A DNA stretch of 63,718 nucleotides, filler included, from Olpidium bornovanus S191 (GCA_017911155.1; 29 parts of 29 records of this genome joined end to end with filler, not necessarily neighbours in it), one strand, 5' to 3'. Shown: positions 36,065 through 48,994, counted from the whole stretch's first letter. The notes: a model not told the origin generated them from the letters alone. Numbers and translations: made by a program.

Positions 36065-37812
36065 AGAGGTGCCGAAGAATGTGCAGCATAACAACGCCCA
36101 GAACGCGATCTTGTTCGAGGCAATCAGCTTAGCGATACATCTGGATCCGGAATCCCCTCTTGTGAACGAGGCAGCCGTACTCATGGGACGCTTCATTGCC
36201 TCAAAGGAAACTAATATCCGCTACCTAGCACTTGACGCGATGGCGCATCTCGCAGCTTTTTGCGAATCCCTGGAGCCGATCAAAAAACACCAGGAGACTA
36301 TTATCCAATCTCTACGGGACAGGGACATCAGCGTGAGGAGGAGAGGTCTTGATCTACTTTACAGCATGTGCGACGTTACCAACGCGAAGGAGATAGTGGC
36401 AGAACTCCTGCGGTATTTATCCTCCGCCGACTACGAAATTCGAGAAGAGATGGTGCTGAAGATCGCGATACTGGCGGAGAAATTCGCGACGGAGAACTCG
36501 TGGTATGTCGATACGATTTTGCAGCTTATCACGACGGCAGGCGACCACGTCGGCGACGAGGTGTGGTACCGCGTCACGCAAATCGTGGCCAACAACGAAG
36601 ATCTGCAGGAGTACGCTGCTCGGATGGTGCTCAACGTGCTGCGCAATCCCGGCGTGCACGAGACGGCAGTGAAGACTGCCGGCTATATCCTCGGGGAGTT
36701 CGGGCACCTCATCGCCAACCAGCCGGGCAGCTCGCCCATCGAGCAATTCACGCTCCTGCAATCCAGGTTCTCGATGTGCCGCCTCCCCACCCGGGCGTTG
36801 CTGCTCACAACGTACATCAAGTTCGCGAATCTCTTCCCGGAGATTAAGCACCACGTGCTGGCCGTGTTCGACCAGTACCAGCATGTGCTGGACGTGGAAC
36901 TTCAGCAGCGGGCGTGCGAGTATGCTGCCATCGCGCGCATGCCGACGGACGACGTGCTGCAGACACTTTGCGAGGAGATGCCGCCGTTCCCGGAGAGGGA
37001 GTCAGCGCTTCTTTCGAAGATCGAAAAGAGGAGCCAGGCCACGGAGGACAAGCGCACGTGGAACGTCGGCGGCAAGGACGCCAACAGAGCCGCCCGCCAT
37101 GACGGTCGGCAGCAGGCGATGAAAGCGGCTTCCGCCGCGTCATCGGCCGGGGCTCCCGCGCAGCCTTCGCCGTCGATTGGAACCTCCCCGACCGTGGCCG
37201 CGAAGATCGTCGAGCAGGACCTCCTTGGCCTCATCGACTTTGGCTGTCCGTCGTCCTCGCCTGCCGTCCAATCGCAGCCGCCTCCGTCGTCGTCGGAAGC
37301 CGCCGGGCTTTTGGCGCTGGGCGATGCCAGATTTGGTGCGCCAATTCCCGGCTCGGAAAAGTGGTACGACAAGCTGGTGTACACGACGGAAGGTGTGCTT
37401 TTCGAGGACGACGTGCTGCAGGTCGGCCTCAAGTCGGAGTATCATCACAACCTGGGCCGCCTGGCGCTCTATTTCGGGAACAAGACGCAGTCGCCTTTGC
37501 ACAACTTCGGCGTCGCCGTGCAGAGCACTCCGGAGGTCACCCTGAACGCGCCCGCGGCCGTGGCCTCGACGATCTCGCCCGTCACGCAGATCCAGCAGCT
37601 GCTCAACATCGAATGCTCGCGGCAGTTTTCGGCGCCCGTGCTCGTGCGCGTCGGTTTCACTTCCGTCGGCGGGCCCCGGAGTTTCGTGCTGCGCGTCCCC
37701 GTCACATTGAACAAGTTCTTCGAGCCCATTGTGCTCCCGGGACATGAGTTTTTCGGCCGCTGGAAACAGATCGGCGGTCCGCCCAAGGAGAGCCAGGTCA
37801 TCTTCACGGCCA
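36065..37812 (+). CDS. APL3: AP-2 adaptor complex alpha subunit, internal single-exon fragment
   Basis: VQHNNAQNAILFEAISL, KETNIRYLALDAM, DRDISVRRRGLDLLYSMCD, DYEIREEMVLKIAILAEKFA and ear-domain GVLFEDDVLQVGLKSEY. Confidence 0.97.
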
Positions 37813-38039
37813 NNNNNNNNNNNNNNNNNNNNNNNNNNNNNNNNNNNNNNNNNNNNTTAATTAATTAANNNNNNNNNNNNNNNNNNNNNNNNNNNNNNNN
37901 NNNNNNNNNNNNCATGACAGGAACCGCGTATAAAGAGCGAAGTTTAAGCGGCCATATCCTCCGCAGCGGAGATGATTTTTCCACGAGTGGGAGGAAGCCG
38001 AATCTAGTATTTATACTTTTGGATTTTCGTGGTCCCTTT

Positions 38040-39000
38040 GGCGCGGCAGCGGTGAATATGCAACGACTGCACATATGCAATGTATGCAAGGTAACCAATG
38101 TACGCGACATGCGCAACGCGTTCCACACATCGTGCAACATACGCACCATAAGCATTGGTGTAAACGACACGGGCAAGTGATGCAACAACCTTCGCAAAAT
38201 ACGCGGCGATGTTCCGCGTGTGCAATGTGCGCAGCTAAACGCACCGTAGGCAACGTACGCAGTGTGCGCAACTTTTGCAACGTCGGCCAGATTTGCAACT
38301 TAAAAAACATACGCAATTTGCTTGAAAATCAGTTTTGGACGGCGATCTACGCATGATGTCCGCGGGACGACGCGAACTTCGGCGTCCGCAACGTACGCGA
38401 ACCATGCAAAGTACGCAACTGGCAAGGTATTGATTTCTGGCGCGCGGAACCACAAATTCATAAAGCTGTCGGCTTGCCCGTTAGTTTACATTGCAATGAC
38501 GGATAGCCTTGAACGCAATGCACGCATAATGCACGCTTGAAGCACGCGGCGGGCGTCCGCACCACTTGCAAAAGCAAGCAGCGCGCTTGCAAGGCGGCAA
38601 TGACGTCCGCCATGCACGCAGCGTGCGCGATGCTTGCAATCTTCCCAACGACGTCCCGCAACGTACGCAAGCGTATGCGATGCTTGCAATGTTCCCGGCG
38701 ATGTAGGCAACCGATGTGCGCGACGACGTGCGAGCGGTGTCCGCAGCGAACTCATCGTTTGCACCGGTTGCAATCCAACGTTGCGCGCCACGTATGCAGC
38801 TTGCTCAATCCTTGCAATATACGCAACGATGTGCGCAACATGTGCAACTGCGTACGCAGTGCACGCGATGTAAGCTCTGTGAATTTTGCGACTCCGTTAA
38901 TCTGTGAATCCCGCGAATCTGCAAACCGGCAAATACCAAGAATCTGCAAAAATGCGAATCTCCCTAATCTCCAAACGTTGCGAATCAGCGAATTCCTGAG
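38040..39000. repeat. Diverged 9-bp-period minisatellite (consensus approximately GCAAYGTRC)
   Basis: For example gcaccgtag gcaacgtac gcagtgtgc gcaactttt gcaacgtcg; period 9 persists for about 1 kb and shifts to gcgaatct units at the end. Confidence 0.75.
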
Positions 39001-39460
39001 TCGAGTGTGTGTGCGTGGGGGTGAGGAAGACGGCGGTGAACGCAGCTCATCAGCTCGTTCTCGGGACGCGCCGCCCACACCCCCCCTTCCCCTCCCTCCC
39101 CCCTCCCCCGCTCGCCCCACCTCCTCCCCCATGAACAGGGTCCCCGTGTTCCCCCCTCCCGTTCCTTATATCCCGGCCGCTAGCACCCCCCCTCCTGGAC
39201 CGGCGCCCTCCCCGCTCTTCCACCCAAGTAAGCAAAGCGGAAGTGCGGCGTGGTGGGAGCCAGGGTGGGGAGAGGGTGCGGGAGCGGCAGTGGAAGGCGC
39301 GGGGGGAGGGCAAGGGAGGGGGAAGAGGGGGCGAGGACGGTGGGTGGTGGGTGGGGGGAACGCTTGATCAAAAATCAGCGCGTTTTTGGGACGCGTCGCC
39401 CACCTCCCGCAGCAACCCCCTTCCTACTCGCCCATCCCGCCTTCCCCCCCCTCCCCCCCC

Positions 39461-39555
<95 letters not shown>

Positions 39556-39954
39556 CCCCCCCCCCCCCNNNNNNNNNNNNNNNNNNNNNNNNNNNNNNNN
39601 NNNNNNNNNNNNTTAATTAATTAANNNNNNNNNNNNNNNNNNNNNNNNNNNNNNNNNNNNNNNNNNNNCGCCAGCGAACCTGCCAGCGACGCGCATTTTG
39701 AATTGATAACGCGACTAAAATGTATGGTGACGGCGGAGAGCGCGGTGCGCTGCCGTTGGAGCGACGAAAACAATCACAGAGACGCATGGGACGTCGAAAG
39801 TCCCCGCTTCCCCCCCCCCCCGCCTCGGTCTGCGTGACCAGGTGGCGCTGGAGGACTTGGCGCCAGCCTGACCGGCGAGTACGGAAAATCACACATTTCT
39901 CCAGCCGGCCACAAAGTTCCTAAACAAGCCTGGGCCAGCATCTGCCATGGTCGT

Positions 39955-40140
39955 CATGGATTCCTGGCGGGGGAATGGTGGCCTCCCGGCCCGCGAAAAG
40001 GTCGTGATTCCGTGCGGCCAGAAAAGTCTACGAAGCTGCCCTTAACGAGCGAACAGTACGGGAAATTCATGAATTTCTCGGACTATCCGCAATTATACTT
40101 CAGGAGGCTCCTCAGACAGTATCCGCGGTTCATTCCTGAA
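39955..40140 (+). mobile_element. Highly degenerate Ty3/gypsy reverse transcriptase fragment
   Basis: TVREIHEFLGLS followed across a frameshift by YFRR...RFIP resembles EVRSFLGLANYYRRFIP. Confidence 0.4.
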
Positions 40141-41396
40141 AAATACATTAATAACAATAACACTAATGACAATAACAATGCCAACGGCACGAAGCAACGC
40201 AACAAAAGGGACAGGAAGAGAACATAATGGCAGCCGCCGGACAGGAAAAAGAAAATAACAATGGCTGCGGGGAGCCGGCGCAGACAAGAAATAAGTTTTA
40301 TGTAAACTGCCGTATAATCTAAGCCCGGCTGTATTGTATGACGACGAACGTCGTTTTCCAGACTTGCAGACCTGGAATCGGCCTTCGCCCCTCAGCGAGC
40401 ACGCAAGCAAGCGAACCCGTTCGCCTATTAGATCCTCTCGCCAGTGCTTGTTGCTCATCGCTCCACCTCCATATTGTCCTGTGCTTACAACGCAAAATTT
40501 TACCTGACACGCGTTTGTCCTTTCCACACGCCGTCCGGACACACACGCCGCGGCAAGCGGGACGCATCGGGTTTTCCAGAGGTCGTGCGCGCTCTGCGAG
40601 GAAGGGAGCGGATTGTGTGCGGGGCGATGGGGAATCAACAGGATTTCGAAATCGGGAGAGGCGCACAGCTGGGCGGCGAGTCCCGTGGACTGCTCACTCC
40701 GCTTGACTCCAGCACGATTCCGCCGGCGCTTTTGGCCTTGCGCCAGTCTTCCCTCTTGCATCCAAGTTGCGCCTGCCGCGAAGACTGAAGAGACGAACAT
40801 TCGGGGGCGCGCGCTCGCAGGGAGGCCTGTCGTCGCCTTGTGCGTTGCTCGGGGTGGTCTGTGCCCGTTTCGGTTTCCGCTGCGTCGGGCTTCCCGCCCG
40901 CTCCCGGGCTCTTGGCGACCGAAAACAACCATTTCAAACTTTTAACAAAAGACCGTTATTGCGCGGCACGGGGTGGTCGCAGGCCAAGCGCGCCGCTGCC
41001 TGCTCTTTCTCGCTCTGCTCCCTCCTCCTCCTCCCTAGCTAGCGCTTTCGACGTGTCGCAGTAGCCACGGCTCTTCCCCGGTCACCTTCGCGTGCATAGA
41101 AGGGAGAGAGGTCCAGATGGATCTCAAAGGCCGCCCCGCCTCCTCCCCGGGCTCCGACGCCGAATTCCGACGCTGCTGGCCTTTGTTTGCGACCCAGTTT
41201 GTCTGCCAGCCTTTTCATCTGTCCGGTATGTGTTTTAGGACCGCCTGGTCGTGCTCGGATCTGGCAACTACGACCACCGGCCGGCCAATGCGCCGCCCGC
41301 CTCTGGATACCCCTCGGAAACACCTCGGAAGACAAGGATTGCAGCACTCCGTTTTCGACTCGGTCGGTTGCGGGAACGGGCGGCGAAAACGTGAAC

Positions 41397-42770
41397 ATGT
41401 ACTATGTCGCGGTCCTTTTCCCGGTGGTTGCCGCGGCCAAGGGGGAAGGTTGGAGCGAGATTCTTGCGCCGAGCCGATGTCCTCTGCCGAATCACGACCC
41501 GACCGTGATCGCGATTTCGGTGGTTTTGCTTCTGGGCATGATTGCCAGCTTCCTGCCGCAGGTGAGAGGGATGAGCGTGTGTATGTATGTGCGGAGATGA
41601 GGAAGGAGGGAGGATGGCGTGGGGTGGGGCAGGGACCAGAAGTGGTTCGCGGTCGTGTTAGAGGAGGCTCCTTTTTCTGACAGTCAACCCTGCATCGCGG
41701 AGGTACGCTCGTAGCACTACAAGATATTCTGCACCAAAAGCGCCAAGGGGCTCTCGCCGAATTACCTGCTATTGGGCACTGTAATGAGGACCTGCGGATT
41801 GCTGAACATTGTGCTGTTGCAATGGAACTTGTTCGGATGCTGTCGCACGGTATTCACGGGGAAAGACTGCGCTGAAAGCATGCTTGGCGTGGCCCAGCTC
41901 CTCGGGCAGGCGGTCATGTTCTTGGGCATGTGAGTATTTTGCATCCATGCCACGGGCGATGATGCTTCTTCACGAGAGGTGAACCTTCACCAACGTTTGC
42001 CCCATTCCAGCGTCTTTCTTTATTCCATGTATTGCCCGGAGAACAAAAAGCAGGCGTTGGCGGACCAAGGCCCGGCGCAAAACAATCTGCCGCTGTCGGA
42101 TGAATGCAAAGCGTCCGGGGTCCACATCTACGCGCTGGTGATTTACCTAGCTGTCTGGCCATTCCTGAACGTGGTTTTGATATTGAACTACGGGTCCGCC
42201 AGCAAGCTGGTCGCGACGTTAGCGTCAGTTAACGGGGTGACGTCCATGGTGCTGGGCTGTGCGCAGTATGTGCCGCAGCTGTGCACGACGTGGAGAGAAA
42301 AAGTACGTTTGAGGAATCGCCGGGCGCGCGAGAAATGGGGGCAGGACGGGTGCGCCTGGTCTATGTGACGGAAGGGGGTGCAGAATAGGGTCCAACCCCG
42401 CAAGCCGGGTGCAAAATTTATGCGTCGCCGCGGAGGAAGAGGCTGATTTTTGTTTCCCGCGCGACCTGGGCGTGTGCGACAGGAAGTGGGGGCCCTTTCG
42501 CTACCGATGATGATGCTGCAAGCCCCCGGTGGTTTCCTGCTCGCGTACACCATTGCGGGAAGGCCGGGAACGAACTGGACCAGCTGGATCACCTACGTCG
42601 CCACCGGGATCCTTCAGGGAGCGCTTCTGCTGATGTGCGTCGTCTGGCGCTACCGCAACCGTTCCACGCCGTTGAGGTCGCCCGAAGACCCCAACCCCGA
42701 CGATTCGGAGCTGGGCGCGGTCCTTTCGGACCTCCAGACGCGGCGCCGAACAATTCATCCTCAGGACTGA
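41397..42770 (+). CDS. PQ-loop repeat membrane protein, 4 exons
   Basis: Signal-like N-terminus; MIASFLPQ/HYKIF and CAQYVPQLCTTW PQ motifs; GALSLPMMMLQAPGG and NWTSWITYVATG; stop at 42770. Confidence 0.92.
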
Positions 42771-42829
42771 CGGGGGTATGGAAGCAGGGAAAGGGCGGGG
42801 GGGCGTGCTGTTTTGCGTGGCGGTAACCC

Positions 42830-43020
42830 GGATCTGCCCCACTTTTCCGCAATTGAAGCACCTTATTGTATCCCCTTTCTTCTTTCGACTTGGTCTTGGC
42901 ATCAACATCTGTGGTTACAGCTAGCAGCTCCCTGGGTTCCTTAGGTTTTTGTGCCATGCTGTTTAGGCGAAAGTCACCTTTTGCAGATTCTTTATGCCCC
43001 CTCGGGTTTAGAGTGTGCAC
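42830..43020 (-). mobile_element. Retrotransposon gag zinc-knuckle remnant
   Basis: KKKGDTIRCFNCGKVGQIR is a degenerate CCHC knuckle (His changed to Gln); upstream frames are broken. Confidence 0.6.
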
Positions 43021-43824
43021 GAGGTTCGTGATTCATGCTTTTCATTTAGCGGACTGGCCAGTATGAAACTTCACGGGGCAGAGTCATCTGGCACGTGGAG
43101 CCGGAAGTTTTATTTACGGTGCGTTATATATTGCATGTACTTTTCCAAATCGCTCTTGTTTTCTATCTGTTTTTCTTTTTCCTGAGCTCTCACTATTCCT
43201 TTTCCATAAATGCCCTTCAGATTAAACAGCTTTATCTCAACTCCCAAATAGCAAACGAATAAGAGCCAAAGCCTTTTGTTCCACTAAAATATGACTGGGG
43301 TCGGAAAAAAAAAAAAAGAAAAAAAGAATAGCGCACGACGGCAGTCCTTAGACCAACATGACTAATGATACTCTTTTTCCAAATAAGCATCAGAGGTAAC
43401 CCTGGCAGCTCTCGCCAAGGTGTAGCAAATAATGAAGGGAAACATCGTCATGGAAGGAAGGAAGGGGGAGGGCAATGCATAGCGTGTTTTGCGCCTTGCG
43501 TACTCTACACGACGTACAATGCGCCATTTCCTACCACCCCTCCGGTGTCGCAGGCGCGCAGCGCCGATANNNNNNNNNNNNNNNNNNNNNNNNNNNNNNN
43601 NNNNNNNNNNNNNTTAATTAATTAANNNNNNNNNNNNNNNNNNNNNNNNNNNNNNNNNNNNNNNNNNNNCAGGCAGTGGTGCGTTGGTGATCTAGGCTTA
43701 TATCGTTTCGGCAATTTCCGACCGGTCGTTTGTGAAGGGAGAGGATGTTGCCTGGAACACTTTTCAGCCCGGGCTTCTGAAGTTGGCTACCTCGCCCCAT
43801 GGACCTTCAGAGTTGTAGGAAGCT

Positions 43825-44522
43825 TCAGGACTGCGTCTGGAATCTGTCGTCGTCGTCGTCAAAGTCGTCGTCGAAGTCGTCACCGAAGCCTGTAGAGAGG
43901 GAGAAGAAAAAAAAAAAAAAAAAAAAAGGGAATTGCGCAAGACGGTTCGGTAGCCTCGTCACCCGCGATCTCGTCGCGAAAACCCCGCTTCACGCCACGT
44001 CCCGGCCCACGAAACGCCACGCCCGCGCCGTTCGCCTGGGTCGCCTGCTTCGCGGGGCCACTTTTTTCGGCGCATGCGCGCGCGCGCGCTCAAGGCCGTT
44101 TCTCGCCGGGTTCCGGGTGTCCCTTCTTGCGCACCTTTCACGAAATCTTGGTCCACCAGGCAGAAGCCGTCGCCTCTGCCGACCTGTTCTCCGCTATCTA
44201 TGCTGCGGTCGTCGCCACCGCCCCCTCTGACGCCTCCTCCTCCGCCCGCGTCGTCCCTCGGCCACCTCCTCGGAGGGCTGGCCACCACGTCGCGGAGGTC
44301 GACGTAGAGGCCTTCCGGCGGGAAAACCAGGGCGGCGCTCCCGCCGCCCCGGCTGCTCACGACGCGCACGCCCGCGCTGGCGTCCGCCCCCGCGGCGGAA
44401 GGGCGGGAGAACATGGTGCCGCCGGCGCCGCCTCCCCGACAAACAGGCCCTTCTCCGTCTGCTGCCGCCGCCGCGGGCGCGGACGGGCTGCGCGGGGCGC
44501 CGCTGCTGCTGGCGTCGCTCAT
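43825..44522 (-). CDS. COPS9: CSNAP/COPS9 (MYEOV2)-like small acidic protein, 2 exons
   Basis: Exon 44522-44135 plus exon 43889-43825 give ...FPPEGLYVDLRD...VDQDFVKGFGDDFDDDFDDDDRFQTQS*, echoing COPS9 FPEGAGPYVDLDE...VHADFFNDFEDLFDDDD. Confidence 0.55.
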
Positions 44523-44757
44523 GTGGGTTTTTCGGCTGCGAGCGGTTTGTTCGTCTCCAGAGGTGGCTGAGGATGATCTACGGCGCGGTTTGACGGTGAC
44601 GGCGGGGACGAACCGGGGGGGGGGGGGAGAAATTGCATGCAGCAGCAGAATGCGCGAAACTGCCCGGGGCCGGTCGGTTGGGTTACTTCCGTGCGGCTGC
44701 TGCATTCACAAATTTCGCACCCTTAAAAGACTGCATTCTCTCGCCCCCCCCCTTCCC

Positions 44758-44788
<31 letters not shown>

Positions 44789-46152
44789 ACCTTAGCCCGG
44801 CCCCCCTGTCCCGCGGGCCCCCCCTTCCTATTTTCCCCCCTTCCCCCCCTTCCCCCCCCCCCTTCCCCGCCCTTCCCAAAAAAAGACGCCGGCGCCCTCT
44901 TTCTTCCCCATTCACAAAAAAAAATAACGCCGGCGACCGCAAAAAAAAAACCGCGATCAGATGCCTGTCGTGATCGCTCACGGACAGCTCGGCTCCTGTC
45001 CGCTTTTGTGTGAAAATGCCGTTTCGTGCTCTCCCGNNNNNNNNNNNNNNNNNNNNNNNNNNNNNNNNNNNNNNNNNNNNTTAATTAATTAANNNNNNNN
45101 NNNNNNNNNNNNNNNNNNNNNNNNNNNNNNNNNNNNAGAATGAGATTCGACTGCTCGGGCTCGAGTGCCGCGCGCGCGCAGGTACAGGCGCGAGCGCGTC
45201 CTGCCGTATATACCACACACCTCAAGTTGAGGCACGTGCCATCCCATATATACCATGCTTACCGGCGGAAGAGCTGAAGGGACTGCAGACCGACGGCGAC
45301 CTTTTTTTCCGAGCAAGCGTCAGCTATCGCGCCCGAACGCAGGCTGTACGCAACAAGCGTTTTCCTGTACCAATCCGATCGCAGGTCGGTCTAGCCAGGT
45401 GATATATACTTTTTTTTTTTTGCGGCCGCAGCGAAGGAGGTGGGGGATGGGCTCCTTCCGTCCTGTCGGAGCAGAGGGCATGACGCGATTGCGTGCAACG
45501 TGCGCACTTCGTACAGCGGCCCGATGCCCTCGCTCCCGGTGACTCCATCGGGGAGCCGACAGGAATTACGAAGGGCACCTGGCGTCCCTGGAGATCATTC
45601 GATTCGCAGTTCCTTGCGAGGAGGAAGGAGGGCGTTCGTTCGCGGCCGCGGGTGTCTTTCCTGGGACGGGCGCGAAGGAAAGCGATTATATTTCCCGAGA
45701 AAGAAAGCGGCGCGTACGCAGAATTTTTACAGAAGTTTGTTAATCGAATGCACGACCGCCCCCATGCCCGTTGGCAAAACCGAAGAAGTACTTGGGAACA
45801 GAAAATCTGCGTTACCAAAAATACACCGGTACTTTCCCCTAACAAACGGAAGGAAAAATAACGATGTCCGTGAGCATGGGGTGGAGAGAGAGGGGAGGAA
45901 GGATGCCGCCGGGCACCGATCCCCACGACGTTTACTTCAAGCGCGCTGGGAAGGGAGGCGGAAGACCGAAGCAGAACACGTCAAGAAGCGCATTTTTTTT
46001 TTTCGACGAAGGTGGGCGGTGGGTGGATGTGGGACGTTGGGGAATAAAGAAAGGTAGGGAAAGGGGAGGCTTGACTGGCCGTGCATCGCGTGCGCCGGGA
46101 CAGCGTCTCGCCATCGCCCGCTTCCCCTACAAGTTTGCTAGGGAGGCCACAC

Positions 46153-46159
46153 TATAAAA
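46153..46159 (+). promoter_or_regulatory. Putative TATA box upstream of ferritin
   Basis: TATAAAA about 270 nt upstream of the ferritin ATG. Confidence 0.35.
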
Positions 46160-46424
46160 AGGCTAGAACCAGACCAATGGAGTTCCCGCATCCAAACTTG
46201 TGCGCTCTCCGTTCTACGTCTCCATCGCCCCGTCAGCCGTTCGTTGCGTTGCGACAAGGAAAGGGCCTCAGGCCCCGAAGCCCGCGCGTTTCCGAGTCGA
46301 CGCAGCCGCAAAAAAAAAAAACAAAAAAAAGGAAAAGAAAAAGAAAAATCGCTTCTTCCCCACACGCACGCACGCACGCACGAATCCCGCACAACAAGCA
46401 ACGGAAATAACAGGAAAAAATACC

Positions 46425-47740
46425 ATGTCGCTCGCAAGGCAGAACTTCTCGACGTCTTCGGAGGACGCCCTCAACTTTCAGATCAGGTGAGCGCGACGGG
46501 GCGAGGTATCTCTCCCGCCGCCCCCACCCCGCGGCGAGGCGGCGTCGGGGGAGCCTTGGGGAGGATGGGGGAGGAGGAGAGGGCGCGCAGAGCATCCGCT
46601 GAAACTCAGAGAGAAAATAAAAAAGTGAGGAAAAAACGGAAAATAGGAACGAAGGCCGTCGCGTTGTGCTGCTGCGCTGTTCCCCGTCTCGGCGCCGGGG
46701 AAGGGGAGGGGAGTGGGGGAAAGAGGGCCTGCCGGAGCGGCTTCATTATGCCGCGCCTCGCCTTTTGCCCCTTCTCGTGAGGACCCTCGCCGCGCGAAAG
46801 CCGCGCCTGCTCGCGGGAACCACGGGGGTGTGGAGCTGTGCCGGCGCCTCCTTCCCCGATTCGCGTCCTTCTCGGCGTTGCTTCGCCCCACGCCCGCCGC
46901 CGGGGCGAAAAACAAAAAAAGGCTCTCGACGGGTGGCGGCGTCACGGCTTGTTTGGTCAGCGCGGGGCGTGCGGGGGAGGCCCGATCGCGATCGTTCGTC
47001 GTGCAGGGGCGCGATACCACCGGCGCTTCTTAGCCGGTATTTAAATCCCCCCCACCCACCTTTCCCCGACCTCGAACTCCCGCGCGCGTTCCGATTCAGC
47101 GCGGAGCTTCAGGCGTCCCACACGTACCTCGCTCTGTCCGCGTACTTCGCGCGTGACAACGTTGCGCTCCCCGGTACGTGCAAAGGTTTCCCATCTCCCG
47201 TTCCCCACACCCCCTCCCCTTCTGTCGTTTATGCGTTGCGCATGCGCGCGTGGACTAAACAAAAAAAAAACCCCCCGACCGAAACCGGTCTCGCCCTCGG
47301 TAGGTCTCGCGGCGTACTTTGTGAAGGCATCCGATGAGGTCAGGAACGTTTTCGAAAAATTTCGTCGCGTTGAAATGACAACTTTGCGCCGTCGCTTCCC
47401 GTCACTCTCCGTCCGGTTTGCCTGTTACCTCTTATCTTTTTCTTTTCTTTTTCGGGCGCCGCCTAATTCTGCCTGCCCCGTCCCTCGATCCGCCGCCCGT
47501 ACTTCCAGGAGCGCGAGCACGCGCGTCAGATGATCGACTACCTGAACCAGCGCGGCGGCCAGGTCCGCCTCCAGGCGTTAGAAGCGCCCGACGTATGTGC
47601 GGCGTAGACGTTCGGTGTGAGGCTTGCGGAGTCCCAACAACTTCGGTCTCACCGTTTGGCTCCCATCCGACTCTTGTTTTATTAGTGTGAATGGTCCTCT
47701 GCGACGAATGCGGTGGAGTACGTCCTCAACCTCGAGAAGG
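46425..47740 (+). CDS. Ferritin (H-type ferroxidase centre), 5 exons seen, 3'-truncated
   Basis: Spliced: MSLARQNFSTSSEDALNFQI / AELQASHTYLALSAYFARDNVALPG / LAAYFVKASDE / EREHARQMIDYLNQRGGQV / ...VLNLEK. Confidence 0.95.
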
Positions 47741-48295
47741 GTGCGTGCTTTTCTCCGCGGGGGGGGGGGGGGGGGGGGGGGCCGGGGGTTTTTTTTTTTT
47801 TTTTTTTTTGAGTTTTGGCGGCGGTAGAGCCGAAGCGCGGCGGAGGCGAGCCGAAGCGCAGGGGCGCGGCGACGGCGGAAGGCGGAGCCNNNNNNNNNNN
47901 NNNNNNNNNNNNNNNNNNNNNNNNNNNNNNNNNTTAATTAATTAANNNNNNNNNNNNNNNNNNNNNNNNNNNNNNNNNNNNNNNNNNNNGCCATGGATCG
48001 CGGGATCGGCGAAAAAGCCGAAATGCGTTTTCTGCCGGGAAGTAAACGCCAAATTCCGGCAGAGTGAGTTCCCTGCAGGGGAACACCCCCGTCGCGCTCC
48101 CTGCAGTGACCCACGACGAGATGCGGCGGCGACTCATCGATTTGCATCCTCGGCTACAAGGAAGCGCGATGGATGAACGAGCCCCGCTGACGTATTCTGA
48201 AACAAAATCCGCGCGAGCGCGACACTCGCTCTGTAATTAAATGGCATTCTGTATTTAAATACACAATAATTTTATAAATATGGATCCAGTAATAA

Positions 48296-48742
48296 TTAGC
48301 CCTGTTTGACACATCTGGGAGGAGGCTCGTCCGGGAACTCGCCATAGAAAGCCGCCAACTCCTCCAAAAGGCTCGGATCTAAAGCCTCGATGCACGTTAG
48401 AAACGCGCATGCGAGCTCAGACGACACCGCGCAGTTCGCGCGGCCCGACAAGACATCCGGTTCGCGGGGAACGGCAGAGACGTGGGGTGGAAAGCGCACA
48501 GGTCGCCCCGGCTCCACCCTGCGACACGGTTTGGCCCGGCACGGCCACCCAGTCCCCGGGACGAGATTCTCTCGCCCGCACCTTGGAGAATTAGAAACTG
48601 CGTGTAGGCGTGGGCGCGACACGCCTGGTACGATGCCCCCGACGCCGCGTCGAATTCGGCGATCTCGCCCGCAGCGGACACGTACGGGCAGGACGCGGGG
48701 GAACGACGTGGGGAACAACGAAGCAAAGATTGTTGGGAACAC
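48296..48742 (-). CDS. Hypothetical protein fragment
   Basis: The ORF end ELACAFLTCIEALDPSLLEELAAFYGEF looks helical and protein-like; no family recognised. Confidence 0.25.
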   Translation of the reverse strand: MFPTIFASLFPTSFPRVLPVRVRCGRDRRIRRGVGGIVPGVSRPRLHAVSNSPRCGRENLVPGTGWPCRAKPCRRVEPGRPVRFPPHVSAVPREPDVLSGRANCAVSSELACAFLTCIEALDPSLLEELAAFYGEFPDEPPPRCVKQG

Positions 48743-48994
48743 TTTCTACGCGTAAACCATACAACGCCATGCAGGTGATGACATTGCGGTCGTATGCGAC
48801 TTGCAAGACTAGGCCCCCTCCACCCCGAAGTGACCCAGCCAGCGATGGTTTTCAGTTTTCACGATGCACGTGTTTTATAGCACAATGCGGAAGTGGAAAG
48901 TGCAAAAAAAAGTTCTTTACAAGAACATTGCGGAAAATCGCGCTACCGACAACGGATTTTTCTCTGCGGGCTCCATGCCTTGTGGAAAAACGGG

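Noticed and set aside
46160-46424. Iron-responsive element upstream of ferritin
   Set aside because: No CAGTGN loop with a paired stem was found by eye.
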